Part shown: piece after piece, positions 8,660-18,884 of the stretch
Layout: each line of letters begins with the position of its first letter
How positions within the stretch are numbered: position 1 is the first letter of the stretch
Origin: Planctomycetota bacterium
GTDB lineage: Bacteria; Planctomycetota; B15-G4
Length of the DNA stretch: 64,000 nt
Assembly: GCA_965248575.1 (NCBI GenBank)
Contig: CBDFJQ010000002.1
Location: 320,001-384,000, forward strand
Direction of reading: 5' to 3'
Program-made: the position numbers and the translations under genes
Notes under the pieces: model-generated
What the model was told of the DNA's origin: nothing
The model's input: the letters and a program-made list of their open reading frames with translations, nothing else
Databases searched by the model: none

Positions 8660-10936
8660 ATGAAGAACGCCATCCTGACGTTTGCTGCCCTGTGCCTGGC
8701 GACGAGCTTCGCCATGTCGCAGACCTTTACCGTGACCGGTAAGTTCGAGTACGAGGACAAAGGCTGGAGCTACAACGGCTGGAATGGAAGCGACGGCTTC
8801 CGGCCCATCCGCAATGCCGATGTGACCGTGCTCAACAACTCCACCAGTGCCGTGATCGGTACGGGCTCCACCGATCCGTCCGGTGAGTTCTCGATCGTGG
8901 CCAGCGGTACGGGCACCCTCAATGTGGTCGTGCGCGTGAACGCCGACACGAACCTGCACCCGACTTTCCAGCGCATGCGGGTGACCACCACCGGAAACGT
9001 GGAGTACACGGCCTTCAGCCCTGTGTTCAACGGGCACAACACGGCCAACCCGCTCGATGTGGGTACGACGACCGTTCTGAAGTCCCTGGCCGGCTCCGAT
9101 GAAGGCAACCCCTTCAACATGCTCGATATCGGTGTGAGTGGCTTCAACTACATCCTTGGCCCGCTCGTCAACGACACGACCAAAGGAACCATTCGCATGA
9201 ACTGGCCCGGGGGCGGTGGCTCATTTGCCAGCGGTTCGACGCTGACCATGTCCGACGACGATGGCTATGACGATGCGGTCGTGCTGCATGAGTTGGGTCA
9301 CGTCGTCCAGAACCTCTACTCAGACAGCGACAACACGGGCGGTTCGCATTTCTTCGGCGACAGCGACCAGGACCCCCGGCTCTCCATGGGCGAAGGCTAT
9401 GCGACCTTCTTTGGCGGCACGGTGATGGTGCACGAGCTGAACCGCGCGGCGCACTACATGGACGCAAACGGTTCGTCCCAAACAGGTGGTGTGCAGCTGC
9501 GACTGCGCCTCGAAGAGCGCACACCCTATGCGGGTGATTCCTATGGCGCGGCTGACGAAGTGGCCGTGGCGTGCTGCCTGTTCGACATCCTGGATGACGA
9601 GAACAGCCCGGACCAGAACAACACCACGGACGACGACGACATCGACTCGTCCGTACTGATCAATGGCCTGAACGTGCATCGGGCCTGGTGGGATGTCTTT
9701 GAAGGTCCCGTTGATGTGGCACCCAATGTCGTGATCAACCACGCCTGGGATGGCTGGTTCAGCGAGCATGGTGTGGGGGGCATGCATACGGAGATGAAGG
9801 ACCTGTATGACGCCCACCGCATGCGGTTCTATGAGGACATCGACGAGCCCAACAACACCTCCTTCGAGCCGGTGCTCGTGACGGCTCCTTCGGCGTGGAG
9901 CCCGACCCGGACCCTCTACAAGTCGACGGCGACGCCACCTGCTCCGGGCGTGGGTGACTTCGACTGGTATTCGGCGGAGATCGTCCAGGGCTCTCAGATC
10001 AGCATCGAGACGCGCTACCCCGGGGCCGCTTCGGATGCCGACACCCAGTGCGACACCGAGATGTCCCTCTGGGACGAGTCGCTCACGAACGTGGCCACGG
10101 CACAGTCGGGCGGGACCGGTCGGAACGCGAAGATCAGCAACTTCCTGGTGCCCAGCACGGGGCTGTGGCGCTGGCGCATCCGGACAACGTCGTCGTTGCG
10201 CTTCTATGGCAGCTACAACTGGCGCATCACCTACGACTTCGAGAACTTCCTGCCAACCGTGGATTCGGGTCCGTCGGCTGTGCCGAGCACGATCACGGAC
10301 GACATCACCTCCATGTTGTCGGCGGTGGCCTCGGACGCGAATGCTGGGCAGGTGCTGACCTACACGTGGACGCCCCTCGCGGGTGGCACGATCGTGGGCT
10401 CGGGGTCGTCGGTGACCTTTGACCCGCCAGCCGTGCTGTCGTCGACGGTGTTCAACATCCAGTTGACGGTGTCTGACAACCTGGGGGCCACGACCGACCC
10501 CTTGGTGGTCCAGGTGACCGTCAATCCCTCGGGCAGTCCGTGCGGAGCACCTGCTTCCACCACGGCCGCTGGAGTGGGCAAGCCCGGTCAGGTTGGTACG
10601 CCTTCCCTGAACCCGGTCGGACTTCCCGTGGTGCCCGGCACCAACTTCAAACTGCAGCTCACCAATGCGCTGCCGCTTGCTCAGGCCTGGGTGTTCGTGG
10701 GCTTCTCGTTGACGCCGGCTGCTTTTGATGGGGGCACCCTGTACCCCGCCATCAACAAGATCTTCCTGGCTGGCATCCCGGGCAGCGGGACGCTCGACAT
10801 GCCGATTCCGCTCACCGACCCAGCCTTCTGCGGTGTGGCGTTCTATGCGCAGGTCCTGGTGCCCTTCGACCCGGGTGCCACAGGGACCTACCAGACCTCC
10901 CAGAGCAACTACGTGGAGGTCGTTCCGGGTTCCTGA
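8660..10936 (+). CDS. Secreted zinc metalloprotease (zincin) with C-terminal PPC-like, PKD/Ig-like and terminal beta domains
   Basis: Signal peptide, VVLHELGH followed by EGYA, and beta-rich C-terminal modules. Confidence 0.85.
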   Translation: MKNAILTFAALCLATSFAMSQTFTVTGKFEYEDKGWSYNGWNGSDGFRPIRNADVTVLNNSTSAVIGTGSTDPSGEFSIVASGTGTLNVVVRVNADTNLHPTFQRMRVTTTGNVEYTAFSPVFNGHNTANPLDVGTTTVLKSLAGSDEGNPFNMLDIGVSGFNYILGPLVNDTTKGTIRMNWPGGGGSFASGSTLTMSDDDGYDDAVVLHELGHVVQNLYSDSDNTGGSHFFGDSDQDPRLSMGEGYATFFGGTVMVHELNRAAHYMDANGSSQTGGVQLRLRLEERTPYAGDSYGAADEVAVACCLFDILDDENSPDQNNTTDDDDIDSSVLINGLNVHRAWWDVFEGPVDVAPNVVINHAWDGWFSEHGVGGMHTEMKDLYDAHRMRFYEDIDEPNNTSFEPVLVTAPSAWSPTRTLYKSTATPPAPGVGDFDWYSAEIVQGSQISIETRYPGAASDADTQCDTEMSLWDESLTNVATAQSGGTGRNAKISNFLVPSTGLWRWRIRTTSSLRFYGSYNWRITYDFENFLPTVDSGPSAVPSTITDDITSMLSAVASDANAGQVLTYTWTPLAGGTIVGSGSSVTFDPPAVLSSTVFNIQLTVSDNLGATTDPLVVQVTVNPSGSPCGAPASTTAAGVGKPGQVGTPSLNPVGLPVVPGTNFKLQLTNALPLAQAWVFVGFSLTPAAFDGGTLYPAINKIFLAGIPGSGTLDMPIPLTDPAFCGVAFYAQVLVPFDPGATGTYQTSQSNYVEVVPGS

Positions 10937-11018
10937 GTCGCTCGTCAGTCCTGGCCCTCTCCGGTGCTTCCGGGTCACTCCTGGGCTTGAATTGGCAGCG
11001 GTTACGTGAGCATCAGAT

Positions 11019-11060
11019 CGGGCCGGAGCTCGGTGGAATCCACCAGCTCCGGCCCGTTTT
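11019..11060 (+). terminator. Rho-independent terminator
   Basis: CGGGCCGGAGCT-C-GGTGG-AAT-CCACC-AGCTCCGGCCCG followed by TTTT, about 80 nt after the 8660-10936 stop. Confidence 0.7.
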
Positions 11061-11221
11061 CGTGGAAGGTGGGCCGAATTCTGCCTCTCAGTCCCCACAG
11101 GGCCGCGACGCGTGGCTTGGGAGGGAGGGGGGAGAGATCCGTCTACAGATGTTGATGGATAGAAGTCGATCCATGGCTTTACGTGCATTCGTCCGCCGAG
11201 AGGCGGATCGCGCGACCCACC

Positions 11222-11851
11222 ATGACGACGCGCCTTCTTCCCAGACCACTGCTCAGCTGGCCCTCAGCGATCGCCTGCCTTGCCTTGGCCGGTGTGCTGG
11301 CCGGTGTGCCCGCACCCACCGCTCTGCCTGGGGGCGTCCAGCCCGCGGGCCATGCGGACAGCGGGGTCCCGGTGTCCTGGCCGATGGGTGCTCAGGCCTG
11401 CAAGCCTCAGGCTCCGATCGAGATGGACCTGGCTGTGTCGGCTGTCAGTGGGCTGCGGGAGGGCTTCGATGTCAGCATCGAGCTGGAGCCCCGCCTGCCC
11501 GTGACGCAACTTCGGTGGTCCCTCCAGCTGCCGCACGGCCTGCGGGCCCTGGAGCCCACGGCGGGAGTGGAGGTGCTCGCCGTGGGCGAGCGCGCACAAC
11601 GAACTCTCCGTCTCGAGTACTCCGAGCTGTCGTCGTCCGCACGCGCAGCCAGCGTGTTGGGCGAGTTGAGCCTCACGGTCGAGGCGGAGTGGCCGACCAG
11701 CTCCGGAACGGCGCGGGTCAGCCGGCGGCAGGCCCTCCGCTTCGGTGATCCTGAGTCGCTACCTCTGCAGCTGCAGGAGTTCCGGAACGTCGAGAGCGGC
11801 GCGCGTTCGAAGGTCATGGCCTTGCCCGTCAGCCATCGCAGCGGGCGTTGA
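11222..11851 (+). CDS. Small secreted beta-rich protein, copy 2
   Basis: Paralog of 8092-8655 (CKPQAP, L.W.LQLP, ALPVSHRSGR). TGATG overlap with the next gene. Confidence 0.8.
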   Translation: MTTRLLPRPLLSWPSAIACLALAGVLAGVPAPTALPGGVQPAGHADSGVPVSWPMGAQACKPQAPIEMDLAVSAVSGLREGFDVSIELEPRLPVTQLRWSLQLPHGLRALEPTAGVEVLAVGERAQRTLRLEYSELSSSARAASVLGELSLTVEAEWPTSSGTARVSRRQALRFGDPESLPLQLQEFRNVESGARSKVMALPVSHRSGR

Positions 11852-13494
11852 TGATCATGGGCCGTGGGAACTCAGTGCTGACCTCGCTCGTGCTGCTTGC
11901 CGTGGCCGCTTTCGGAACTTCCTCCTCTGTTCTTGGGGCAAGCTCAGGACCCGCCGCTGTCAGCTTCCTTGTCACCGGCCGCTTCGAGTACGAGGACAAG
12001 GCCTGGGACGCGATGGGGTGGACCGGCATCGATCCCATACTGGCCATCCGTTCCGCCGATGTGGTGGTGATGGACGCGGCGCGCGACAAGGTGATTGGGC
12101 GCGGCATGACGGACAACCAGGGTGAGTTTTCCATCGTCTGCAAGAGCAAGCAGCCCACGGTCGACCTCCTGGTGCGCGTCGACAGCGAGAGTCGGACACG
12201 CGCCAAGGTGCAAAAGAACTTTCCGCGCTTGAAGGTCGTGAACCCGAACCGCGTCGTGTATTCCGCCTTCGCTCCCATGGAGCCAGGGCATCCCGTGGGC
12301 TCCGATGTCGATGTGGGTACCACCACCGTGCTCAAGACGGTGGCGGCGGGCAAGGAAGGCAACCCCTTCAACGTCTTCGACATGGCTGTGGGCGCCTTCG
12401 AGTACGTCACCGCTCCGGAAGTGGGCATGTCACGCAAGGTGCGCACGCTGCGGGTGACCTGGCCGAGTCCGGCCGGCTCTTTCAGCATCGGGCGGCGAGC
12501 CTGGGTCGGGACCCATGACGGCTATGACGACTCGGTGATCCTGCACGAAGTCGGACACCTGGTGCACAACGTCTACAGCGACAGCGACAATCCGGGAGGA
12601 GCTCATTTCTTCGGTGACTCGGACCAGGATCTGCGCCTGGCCTTCGGCGAGGGGTGGGCCACGGCGTTCGCCGGCATCGTGTCCGCGCGTTTGGGCATGC
12701 CCGCCATGTATGTGGACTCCAACGCAAGTGCCCAGGTGGATGGAGCCCAGCTGATACTCGACTTGGAGTCGGCGGCACCCTTCGAAACGGAGGCCGCAGG
12801 GGCCGGGGACGAGATCGCCGTCGCCTGCGTCTTGTTCGATCTGCTCGACAGCTCCTCGGAAGGGGACGGCCCCTCGGATGATGATGGGATGGCCGCCCCC
12901 GCGCAGGTGGATGGCTTGAGCCCGACCGAGGCCTGGTGGGATGTGTTCGTCGGGCCCATGCGAAGGACGTCGCGAGTCAATGTGAACCACGCCTGGGACG
13001 CATGGCTCACTCGCTACGCCCAGCCTGAGTACGGAAAGCTCGTCGATGTCTTCGAAGATCGGCAGATGGATTTCTGGGACGACGACTTCGAGCCGGACAA
13101 CAGCCCCAGCACGTCCCAGGCAGTGAGCGCCATGGCCTATGGCTCCTGGAGCGCCGATCACACGCTCTACAGCGCCGGCGCTGGGAACCCCGGCCCGGGC
13201 ACAGGGGACCGGGACTGGTACTCCATCCAGCTCAAGGCCGGGCAGAGCGTAGAGATCGAAACGCGCTATCCCGATGGCATCACGGACGCCGGGACTCAGG
13301 TCGACCCCTTCCTGGCACTCTTCGATCCATCAGGAAAGCTCGTGGCCAAGGACGACGATTCGGGCTATCGCCGCAATGCCCTGGTGCAGCTGGGAAGCGC
13401 CAAGACCGCCGGGACCTGGCGCTTTCTCGTGCGCTCACGAAACAAGCTGAATCGCTACGGTCGCTACAACGTGCGGGTGCTCGTGGACAACTGA
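11851..13494 (+). CDS. Secreted zinc metalloprotease, paralog of 8660-10936 with a shorter C-terminus
   Basis: Motifs VTGRFEYEDK, EGNPFN, VILHEVGH, HFFGDSDQD and EGWA. Ends after the PPC-like domain. Confidence 0.85.
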   Translation: MIMGRGNSVLTSLVLLAVAAFGTSSSVLGASSGPAAVSFLVTGRFEYEDKAWDAMGWTGIDPILAIRSADVVVMDAARDKVIGRGMTDNQGEFSIVCKSKQPTVDLLVRVDSESRTRAKVQKNFPRLKVVNPNRVVYSAFAPMEPGHPVGSDVDVGTTTVLKTVAAGKEGNPFNVFDMAVGAFEYVTAPEVGMSRKVRTLRVTWPSPAGSFSIGRRAWVGTHDGYDDSVILHEVGHLVHNVYSDSDNPGGAHFFGDSDQDLRLAFGEGWATAFAGIVSARLGMPAMYVDSNASAQVDGAQLILDLESAAPFETEAAGAGDEIAVACVLFDLLDSSSEGDGPSDDDGMAAPAQVDGLSPTEAWWDVFVGPMRRTSRVNVNHAWDAWLTRYAQPEYGKLVDVFEDRQMDFWDDDFEPDNSPSTSQAVSAMAYGSWSADHTLYSAGAGNPGPGTGDRDWYSIQLKAGQSVEIETRYPDGITDAGTQVDPFLALFDPSGKLVAKDDDSGYRRNALVQLGSAKTAGTWRFLVRSRNKLNRYGRYNVRVLVDN

Positions 13495-13522
13495 GTTCCA
13501 ACGAGCGCTACCATCCCCGGCC

Positions 13523-15532
13523 GTGGCACCTATGATTCCGCCCATGAACGGGATCAGCCGCCCAGCGAACACTGCCCGATGGGGGCTCGCGATGTTGCTG
13601 GCGCTGGTGGCCGTTGCGGGCTGCTTCCGGGTCCAGAACCTCGACTTGGGACTCCATGCGCGAACAGGTGAGTGGATCCTCGAACACCGCGAGGTTCCCA
13701 ACACCAATGTGATGTCACCCATTCACGGGGACTATTCATCGGTGCACGACAAGTGGGGCTTCCAGGTCTTGGCCCACTTGGTCTGGGACGGTGGCGGGGC
13801 GTCCGGTGTGATCGCGCTCCGACTCCTGTGCATGCTCGCGCTGTTCGCCGTGCTGTGGCGGACGGCGATGCGCTTGGGTGGCTCGCCCGGCCTGAGCCTC
13901 TTCGTCCTTTCCCTCGCGTTGCTGGCCATGCGCTCCCGCTTCCTGTTTCGTCCAGGGCTGGTGAGCCTGCTGTTCCTGGCCCTCGTCCTGCATGGGGTCT
14001 TGGTGTCCCGTGCGGACGGGCGCAAGCTAGGGTGGCTCGTGCTGTTGCAGTTGATCTGGGTCAACGTGCACGGTTACTTCTTGCTGGGGTTTTTGGCAGT
14101 GGGTGCCGTGGCCGCCGGGCATTTCGTCCGGGGGCTGCTCGGTCGCCGGGACGGTTACCGCGTGGGGCTGCGACTGGCTGTGCTGGCTGTGGCCATGGCC
14201 CTGGTTTCCTTGCTCAACCCGTCGGGGGTTGAAGGTTTCCTGCATCCCTATTCCATCCTCCAGGATCTGCATACGCATCTGGATTTCTACCGCCAAACGA
14301 TCGATGAGTTCCGTCCGACCTTCGCCAGCGACCCCCGAGGTTCCGTGGATCGATGGGCTTTCCTCTCGCTCTTCGGATTGTCGTTGCTCGCCCTGCTCTG
14401 GGATGGCCTAGGGCGCCGGAAGGCGGCGGCATCGGAGGCTGCATCCGGGTACACGGCGCAGGCCGACGCTGAGAGTGGCGACGCCAGTCATGACGCGCCG
14501 CAGCGAGTAGGCCTGGGAACCCTGTGGCTTCCCGCCCTGATGCTCGTGGTGTTGTTCGGCGTCATGAGCCGGACCTTGCGCCGCAGCATGGCGCTCTACG
14601 CCGTAGCCATCGCGCCCCTGCTGGCTGCCTCCCTGACAGCTTGCCTCGGGCGAGTCCGTGGGCCACGAACGCTGGCTCCTGCGGGGGGCCGGCTGGGTCT
14701 GCTCATCCCCGGTTTGTTTGCGCTCTGCATTGCCGGGCTGGAACTCAGCGATTGGACTTCCGTTCATGACGGGCTTGAGCGCCGCAGCGGATTCGGCGTC
14801 TCGCGCCTTGCCTATCCCGATCGGGGTCTCGCGTTCTTGGCGGAGGAGTTGCCGCAGCACGATGTGTTCACCGCCTTCCGCTACGGCAGCACCCTGACGG
14901 GCCGCCGCTGGCCGGAACAGGCTGCAGCGACCAATGGCAACACGCACGGCTATCCCACGAGCTACTTCATGAGCGTCATGAAGGCCGTCTCCATGGAGGA
15001 TCCCATCGCCTTCGACCGCCTCGTGGATCAACACGGCCACACGGCGGCGCTGATCCCCATGGACTGCCGCCTGGCGGCGAGGCTCTTGAGGCGAACGGAT
15101 TGGCGGCTCGTCGTCCTGGGTGTGAGCGAGGCGCTCTTCGTCAGGGGGGATGGCGTGGACGAAACGTGGCTTGCTCGGCATGACCTGGAGCAGCGCCTGC
15201 GCAGGGGAGATCGCCTGGGCCAGGAGGACATCCCTGCGTCGCCAGCCTGTGGCACGGTCTTGGGGATTCCCAAGAGCTGCCGACCTGGGACGGAACTGGC
15301 CGCCGCCGTCATGTTGCGCGGCGCGGGGCTGCGGGACACAGCCCAACACATGCTGACCCAGGCCCTGGGACACAGCCCTGACGACTCCGAAGCCCTCTCG
15401 CTGCAGCTGCTGTTGGCGGTCTTCAGAGGTGACGAGCTGGTCACCGAGGACGTTCAGCAGCTCTTGCGACGCCCGGGGTTCAATCGTTTCGAGGGGGAGC
15501 TTCGCGGCCTCCTTGACCCGGCCTCTCCGTAG
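13523..15532 (+). CDS. Polytopic membrane protein, probable GT-C-fold glycosyltransferase
   Basis: DLGLHARTGEWI loop after the first TM helix, RP motif, WVNVHG, LLNP, many TM helices and a soluble C-terminal domain. Start uncertain. Confidence 0.65.
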   Translation: MAPMIPPMNGISRPANTARWGLAMLLALVAVAGCFRVQNLDLGLHARTGEWILEHREVPNTNVMSPIHGDYSSVHDKWGFQVLAHLVWDGGGASGVIALRLLCMLALFAVLWRTAMRLGGSPGLSLFVLSLALLAMRSRFLFRPGLVSLLFLALVLHGVLVSRADGRKLGWLVLLQLIWVNVHGYFLLGFLAVGAVAAGHFVRGLLGRRDGYRVGLRLAVLAVAMALVSLLNPSGVEGFLHPYSILQDLHTHLDFYRQTIDEFRPTFASDPRGSVDRWAFLSLFGLSLLALLWDGLGRRKAAASEAASGYTAQADAESGDASHDAPQRVGLGTLWLPALMLVVLFGVMSRTLRRSMALYAVAIAPLLAASLTACLGRVRGPRTLAPAGGRLGLLIPGLFALCIAGLELSDWTSVHDGLERRSGFGVSRLAYPDRGLAFLAEELPQHDVFTAFRYGSTLTGRRWPEQAAATNGNTHGYPTSYFMSVMKAVSMEDPIAFDRLVDQHGHTAALIPMDCRLAARLLRRTDWRLVVLGVSEALFVRGDGVDETWLARHDLEQRLRRGDRLGQEDIPASPACGTVLGIPKSCRPGTELAAAVMLRGAGLRDTAQHMLTQALGHSPDDSEALSLQLLLAVFRGDELVTEDVQQLLRRPGFNRFEGELRGLLDPASP

Positions 15533-15591
15533 TGAGCGCGGAGCGCGACCTGCGTCCCTCGAGCAGGAGATGCGGGCGGGGTGGGCGGCAG

Positions 15592-18015
15592 CTAGCGCGA
15601 CGCGAACTGCAAGGCATCCGCCCAGCGTAATGCCTCAGAAGGGTCCTTCCTGCGCTCCGCTACGCGACGCAGGGCGTGCAGGGTCTGCCGCAGGGAACCG
15701 CTCTCGAACACGATGTCCGGCAGGTGGTTCAGCAGGTGTGCGACGAGCGCGTCCACGCGGGCCACGTTCAGGGTGGGAGCTTCCGACAGCGCGAGCAACT
15801 CCTCCACACGAGTTTGGTAACCGTGCTCTCCCTCGATCTGCGCGAACTCGTGCAGCGCCCGTTCGTAATCGTGTTGGGCGAGTGCTGACGAGCCCAGGCG
15901 CAGGTGCCTGTACTGATCGTTGTCCGCCAGGATGCGTTCGCAGGCTTCGTCTGCGCGGGCAAACTCTCCAAGGGCAGCGAAGATTTCGATCTCCCTCAAC
16001 TGGAGGCGGACGCGCGTCGCCTGGTCGTTCTTGCCGCGCTCTTGGCGTTCCTTGCCAAGGGCGATCAGCAGACGCGCGATGGGGATGCGTACGCTCTGTG
16101 CCCCGCCCAACCCCAGCTCGAGTTGATCCACACTGGGGTGCCACACGGCCCCTTGAACGGCCGAGGGGTTGAGGATGATCGCCTGCAGCAGAGCCTGCAG
16201 GGCAGCGTCAGCATCGGCTTGGCTTCCAAGCACCCTGGCCTGGTCCAAGAGGACGCGCCAGGAGTTGGGGCCGAGGCCGTCCTTGAGAACAGACTCCGCC
16301 AAGAGCCGGCCGATCTCGGGTGACCCGGGTTGGAGGCGAGAGAGCAGCAAGGCCTCCCGATGCATGAGCTGCGCGGAGTGGGGTTGAAGCGCGCGTGCCT
16401 CGGATAGGTGCATCAGCTGCGTGTCCAGGCCGTCGCTGATCGCGGCCTGTTGCGCCCGGGCGATCGCGACCTCCGGGTCGAAGGGTCGCAGCCGAGCGGC
16501 CAGCGCGAGCTGGCCGCTCGGGTCAGGGTGTTCTTCCGCTGCCGACTCCAGGACCCCCTCCACGAGCACCCGACCGGACCATCCAGCAGCAGCAACGCCG
16601 AGCAGGACCACGGCCACGACGGGAGTCAGGAGGCTGCGGCTACGGGAGATGGTGACGGTCTCATCATCGGCCAAGCCTGCAGCCTCTTTCATGCCCAGCG
16701 CGAGCAACACGAGGGAGGGGTAGGCGGTGCTGGTAGCGCCGCCCATGTCGATGGCGTTGCTGGCCCACACGGCGAGCAGGCTTGCGGAGGCCGCATCCGA
16801 CAGCAGGCTGGGCCGATGCTTGCGCGTTGCCGTGGCGACGAACAGGGCGGCGAGCCCGAGCAAGCCGGGCCAGCCGAAGCCAGTCCCCACAGCCAGGACG
16901 ACGTTGTGCAAGTGGTCGTCCTTGGGCAAGCCGTCGTAGCGCGACGGTCTCGCAAACTCTGCCTGGCGGTGGGACGCTCCCGGTCCGAAGCCCGCAAAGG
17001 GGGCCTCTGCGAAAGTCGAACGCCCCAGCTCCCACATGGAAGAACGGAAGCTGACGGCCTTGGTTGACATGTCGGTGGACGCGTCGACGATGCGGGACTG
17101 GCTGACCCCAGTCACCGGGAACAGCAAGGCGAACGCGATACCTCCCACTGCGAGCGGATGCACCCACCGCGCGGAGCTCCAGGGCAGGCGCCGGAGCACC
17201 AGGAGCCCGGCGCCGAGGACTGCCGCAGCCACTCCGGTGCGGGATTGAACGGCCGCGAGGGCGAGCAGCAGCAGCAGGGCGCAGGCGCGCGCCCAGCGGC
17301 GGCGGATCTCGTGCACGTCCCAGGCCAGGCCGCACGACATGAGGAGACCACACACGAGGAAGGGTGCCCCCAGATTGGGGTGCATGCCCATGAGGCGTAG
17401 GCGCGTGGCGAAGAGCGCAGGTAGCGGCAGCTGCAGGGCGTCGGCCAAGGTGCCATAGGTCACGAGAGCCGCCCCGGCCAGGACCGCCATGCCGACGATG
17501 AACACCAGCACGGCGCGACGCAGGTGCCGCCCAGGAAACAGCCCGGGCAGCACGCTGGCCAGGATCGCGACGGGCAGGAAATCGGTCAGCCAGTTGAGGG
17601 CACCTTGATGGAAGGGTGCGACGAGCACAGCCGGAGCGGTGCAGAACAGGATGATCGTTACGCTGACGCCCGTGAGCCCAAAGCGCACGAAGGGACCGGC
17701 CACCAGCAGGGTCACGGCCGCCAGGGCGAGGGGCAGCTCCGGCGCCGCACCGACAGCTCGTCCGCCGAACAAGGAGACGGCCAGCAGCAGCAGGCTGAGC
17801 CTGCGGGCGCACGTCAGGCGCTCCCGCGCTCCACCAATGAGGAAGAGCGAGAGCACCCCGAGCGTGGCCCAGACCAATGCGAGCTGGGGTGGGCGTCCAA
17901 AGCTGGAAAGACCCGATCCGCTCTGCGAGCGCGCGGTGGCATCAAAGAAGAAGACACCAGCGACGACGACGGCGAGGAGGCGGCACGCCGGGTTCAGGCC
18001 CGGTGTCCTGCTCAC
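15592..18015 (-). CDS. O-antigen ligase (Wzy_C/WaaL)-like membrane protein with TPR-like C-terminus
   Basis: Motifs HPNL, SRTG, R...W......P..GFGPG and HLHN...G.PG, many TM helices and a helical-repeat tail. Confidence 0.8.
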   Translation of the reverse strand: MSRTPGLNPACRLLAVVVAGVFFFDATARSQSGSGLSSFGRPPQLALVWATLGVLSLFLIGGARERLTCARRLSLLLLAVSLFGGRAVGAAPELPLALAAVTLLVAGPFVRFGLTGVSVTIILFCTAPAVLVAPFHQGALNWLTDFLPVAILASVLPGLFPGRHLRRAVLVFIVGMAVLAGAALVTYGTLADALQLPLPALFATRLRLMGMHPNLGAPFLVCGLLMSCGLAWDVHEIRRRWARACALLLLLALAAVQSRTGVAAAVLGAGLLVLRRLPWSSARWVHPLAVGGIAFALLFPVTGVSQSRIVDASTDMSTKAVSFRSSMWELGRSTFAEAPFAGFGPGASHRQAEFARPSRYDGLPKDDHLHNVVLAVGTGFGWPGLLGLAALFVATATRKHRPSLLSDAASASLLAVWASNAIDMGGATSTAYPSLVLLALGMKEAAGLADDETVTISRSRSLLTPVVAVVLLGVAAAGWSGRVLVEGVLESAAEEHPDPSGQLALAARLRPFDPEVAIARAQQAAISDGLDTQLMHLSEARALQPHSAQLMHREALLLSRLQPGSPEIGRLLAESVLKDGLGPNSWRVLLDQARVLGSQADADAALQALLQAIILNPSAVQGAVWHPSVDQLELGLGGAQSVRIPIARLLIALGKERQERGKNDQATRVRLQLREIEIFAALGEFARADEACERILADNDQYRHLRLGSSALAQHDYERALHEFAQIEGEHGYQTRVEELLALSEAPTLNVARVDALVAHLLNHLPDIVFESGSLRQTLHALRRVAERRKDPSEALRWADALQFASR

Positions 18016-18764
18016 GGACGCGCCGAGTCGTCTTCGTCAGAGGACTGGGCTTCGAACAGGACGATGTCGCTGGGCTGGAGTGGGACGCCAAATTCGAAGT
18101 CAGGCCGCTGGGGCTTGATGTCCCGTTCGAAGTAGTCGATCTGGTCGGGCAGGACGCGGACGAGTTCAAGCAAACCGATGTAGCCCATGCCTGCGTCTTC
18201 AGCGTCGGCGCCCGGCACATTGGCGGTGATACCGGCCAGCATCCCGGCAATTTGCCAGCGGCGGTTGCGGAGGACGTAGAGCCCCGAGCCCGCCTGGTCG
18301 CGTGAGAAGGTTGCAGGATCGTCGACGCCCGGAACCGTGATGTAGTCACCGTAGGCCCCCTTGCGCCAGCGCCCTACGGGCTCCATGAAGGGCTTGTCGT
18401 CGACGTCTCTGCGCGCGAGGTAGATCGTTTCGTTGGCGGCGGGTGGGGAGGTGGCCAGGCGGCCCTCGAGCAGGCGCGAGGTGATGGGGTGGATCACCGC
18501 GAGGTCGTCGTTGAGGTGATCGATCTTGCCGAGGTCCACGACACCCGAGTTGCCCACGGGGAACTGGATGTTGAAGAGGTCCCCAACAGCGAAGTGACCT
18601 GCCGTGAGCACGATGACGCCTTCTTCCGTCGACAAGCCCAGGAAGGGCTCCTGACTCCGACCTACGGGCCACAAGCGGGTTACGTGTGAGGGGATCGGCG
18701 CTGCGCAGCCCACGAACACCAGTGCGAACACGACAAGCTGGGCAAGCGGCAAGGTGCGAAACAT
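18012..18764 (-). CDS. Hypothetical lipoprotein
   Basis: Lipobox-like LVFVGC. Stop overlaps the next start by 4 nt. Confidence 0.7.
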   Translation of the reverse strand: MFRTLPLAQLVVFALVFVGCAAPIPSHVTRLWPVGRSQEPFLGLSTEEGVIVLTAGHFAVGDLFNIQFPVGNSGVVDLGKIDHLNDDLAVIHPITSRLLEGRLATSPPAANETIYLARRDVDDKPFMEPVGRWRKGAYGDYITVPGVDDPATFSRDQAGSGLYVLRNRRWQIAGMLAGITANVPGADAEDAGMGYIGLLELVRVLPDQIDYFERDIKPQRPDFEFGVPLQPSDIVLFEAQSSDEDDSARP

Positions 18765-18884
18765 CGAACAGGTTCTCGGCAGAGTCTCGGGCGGTGCGGG
18801 CTGACGCGCGTCACGCCGAAGGTAGCTCGCTCCAGGGCTCCCTACAAGCGCGGCTCGCGGCCCGCTGGCGCGGTTCGCAGCCCT

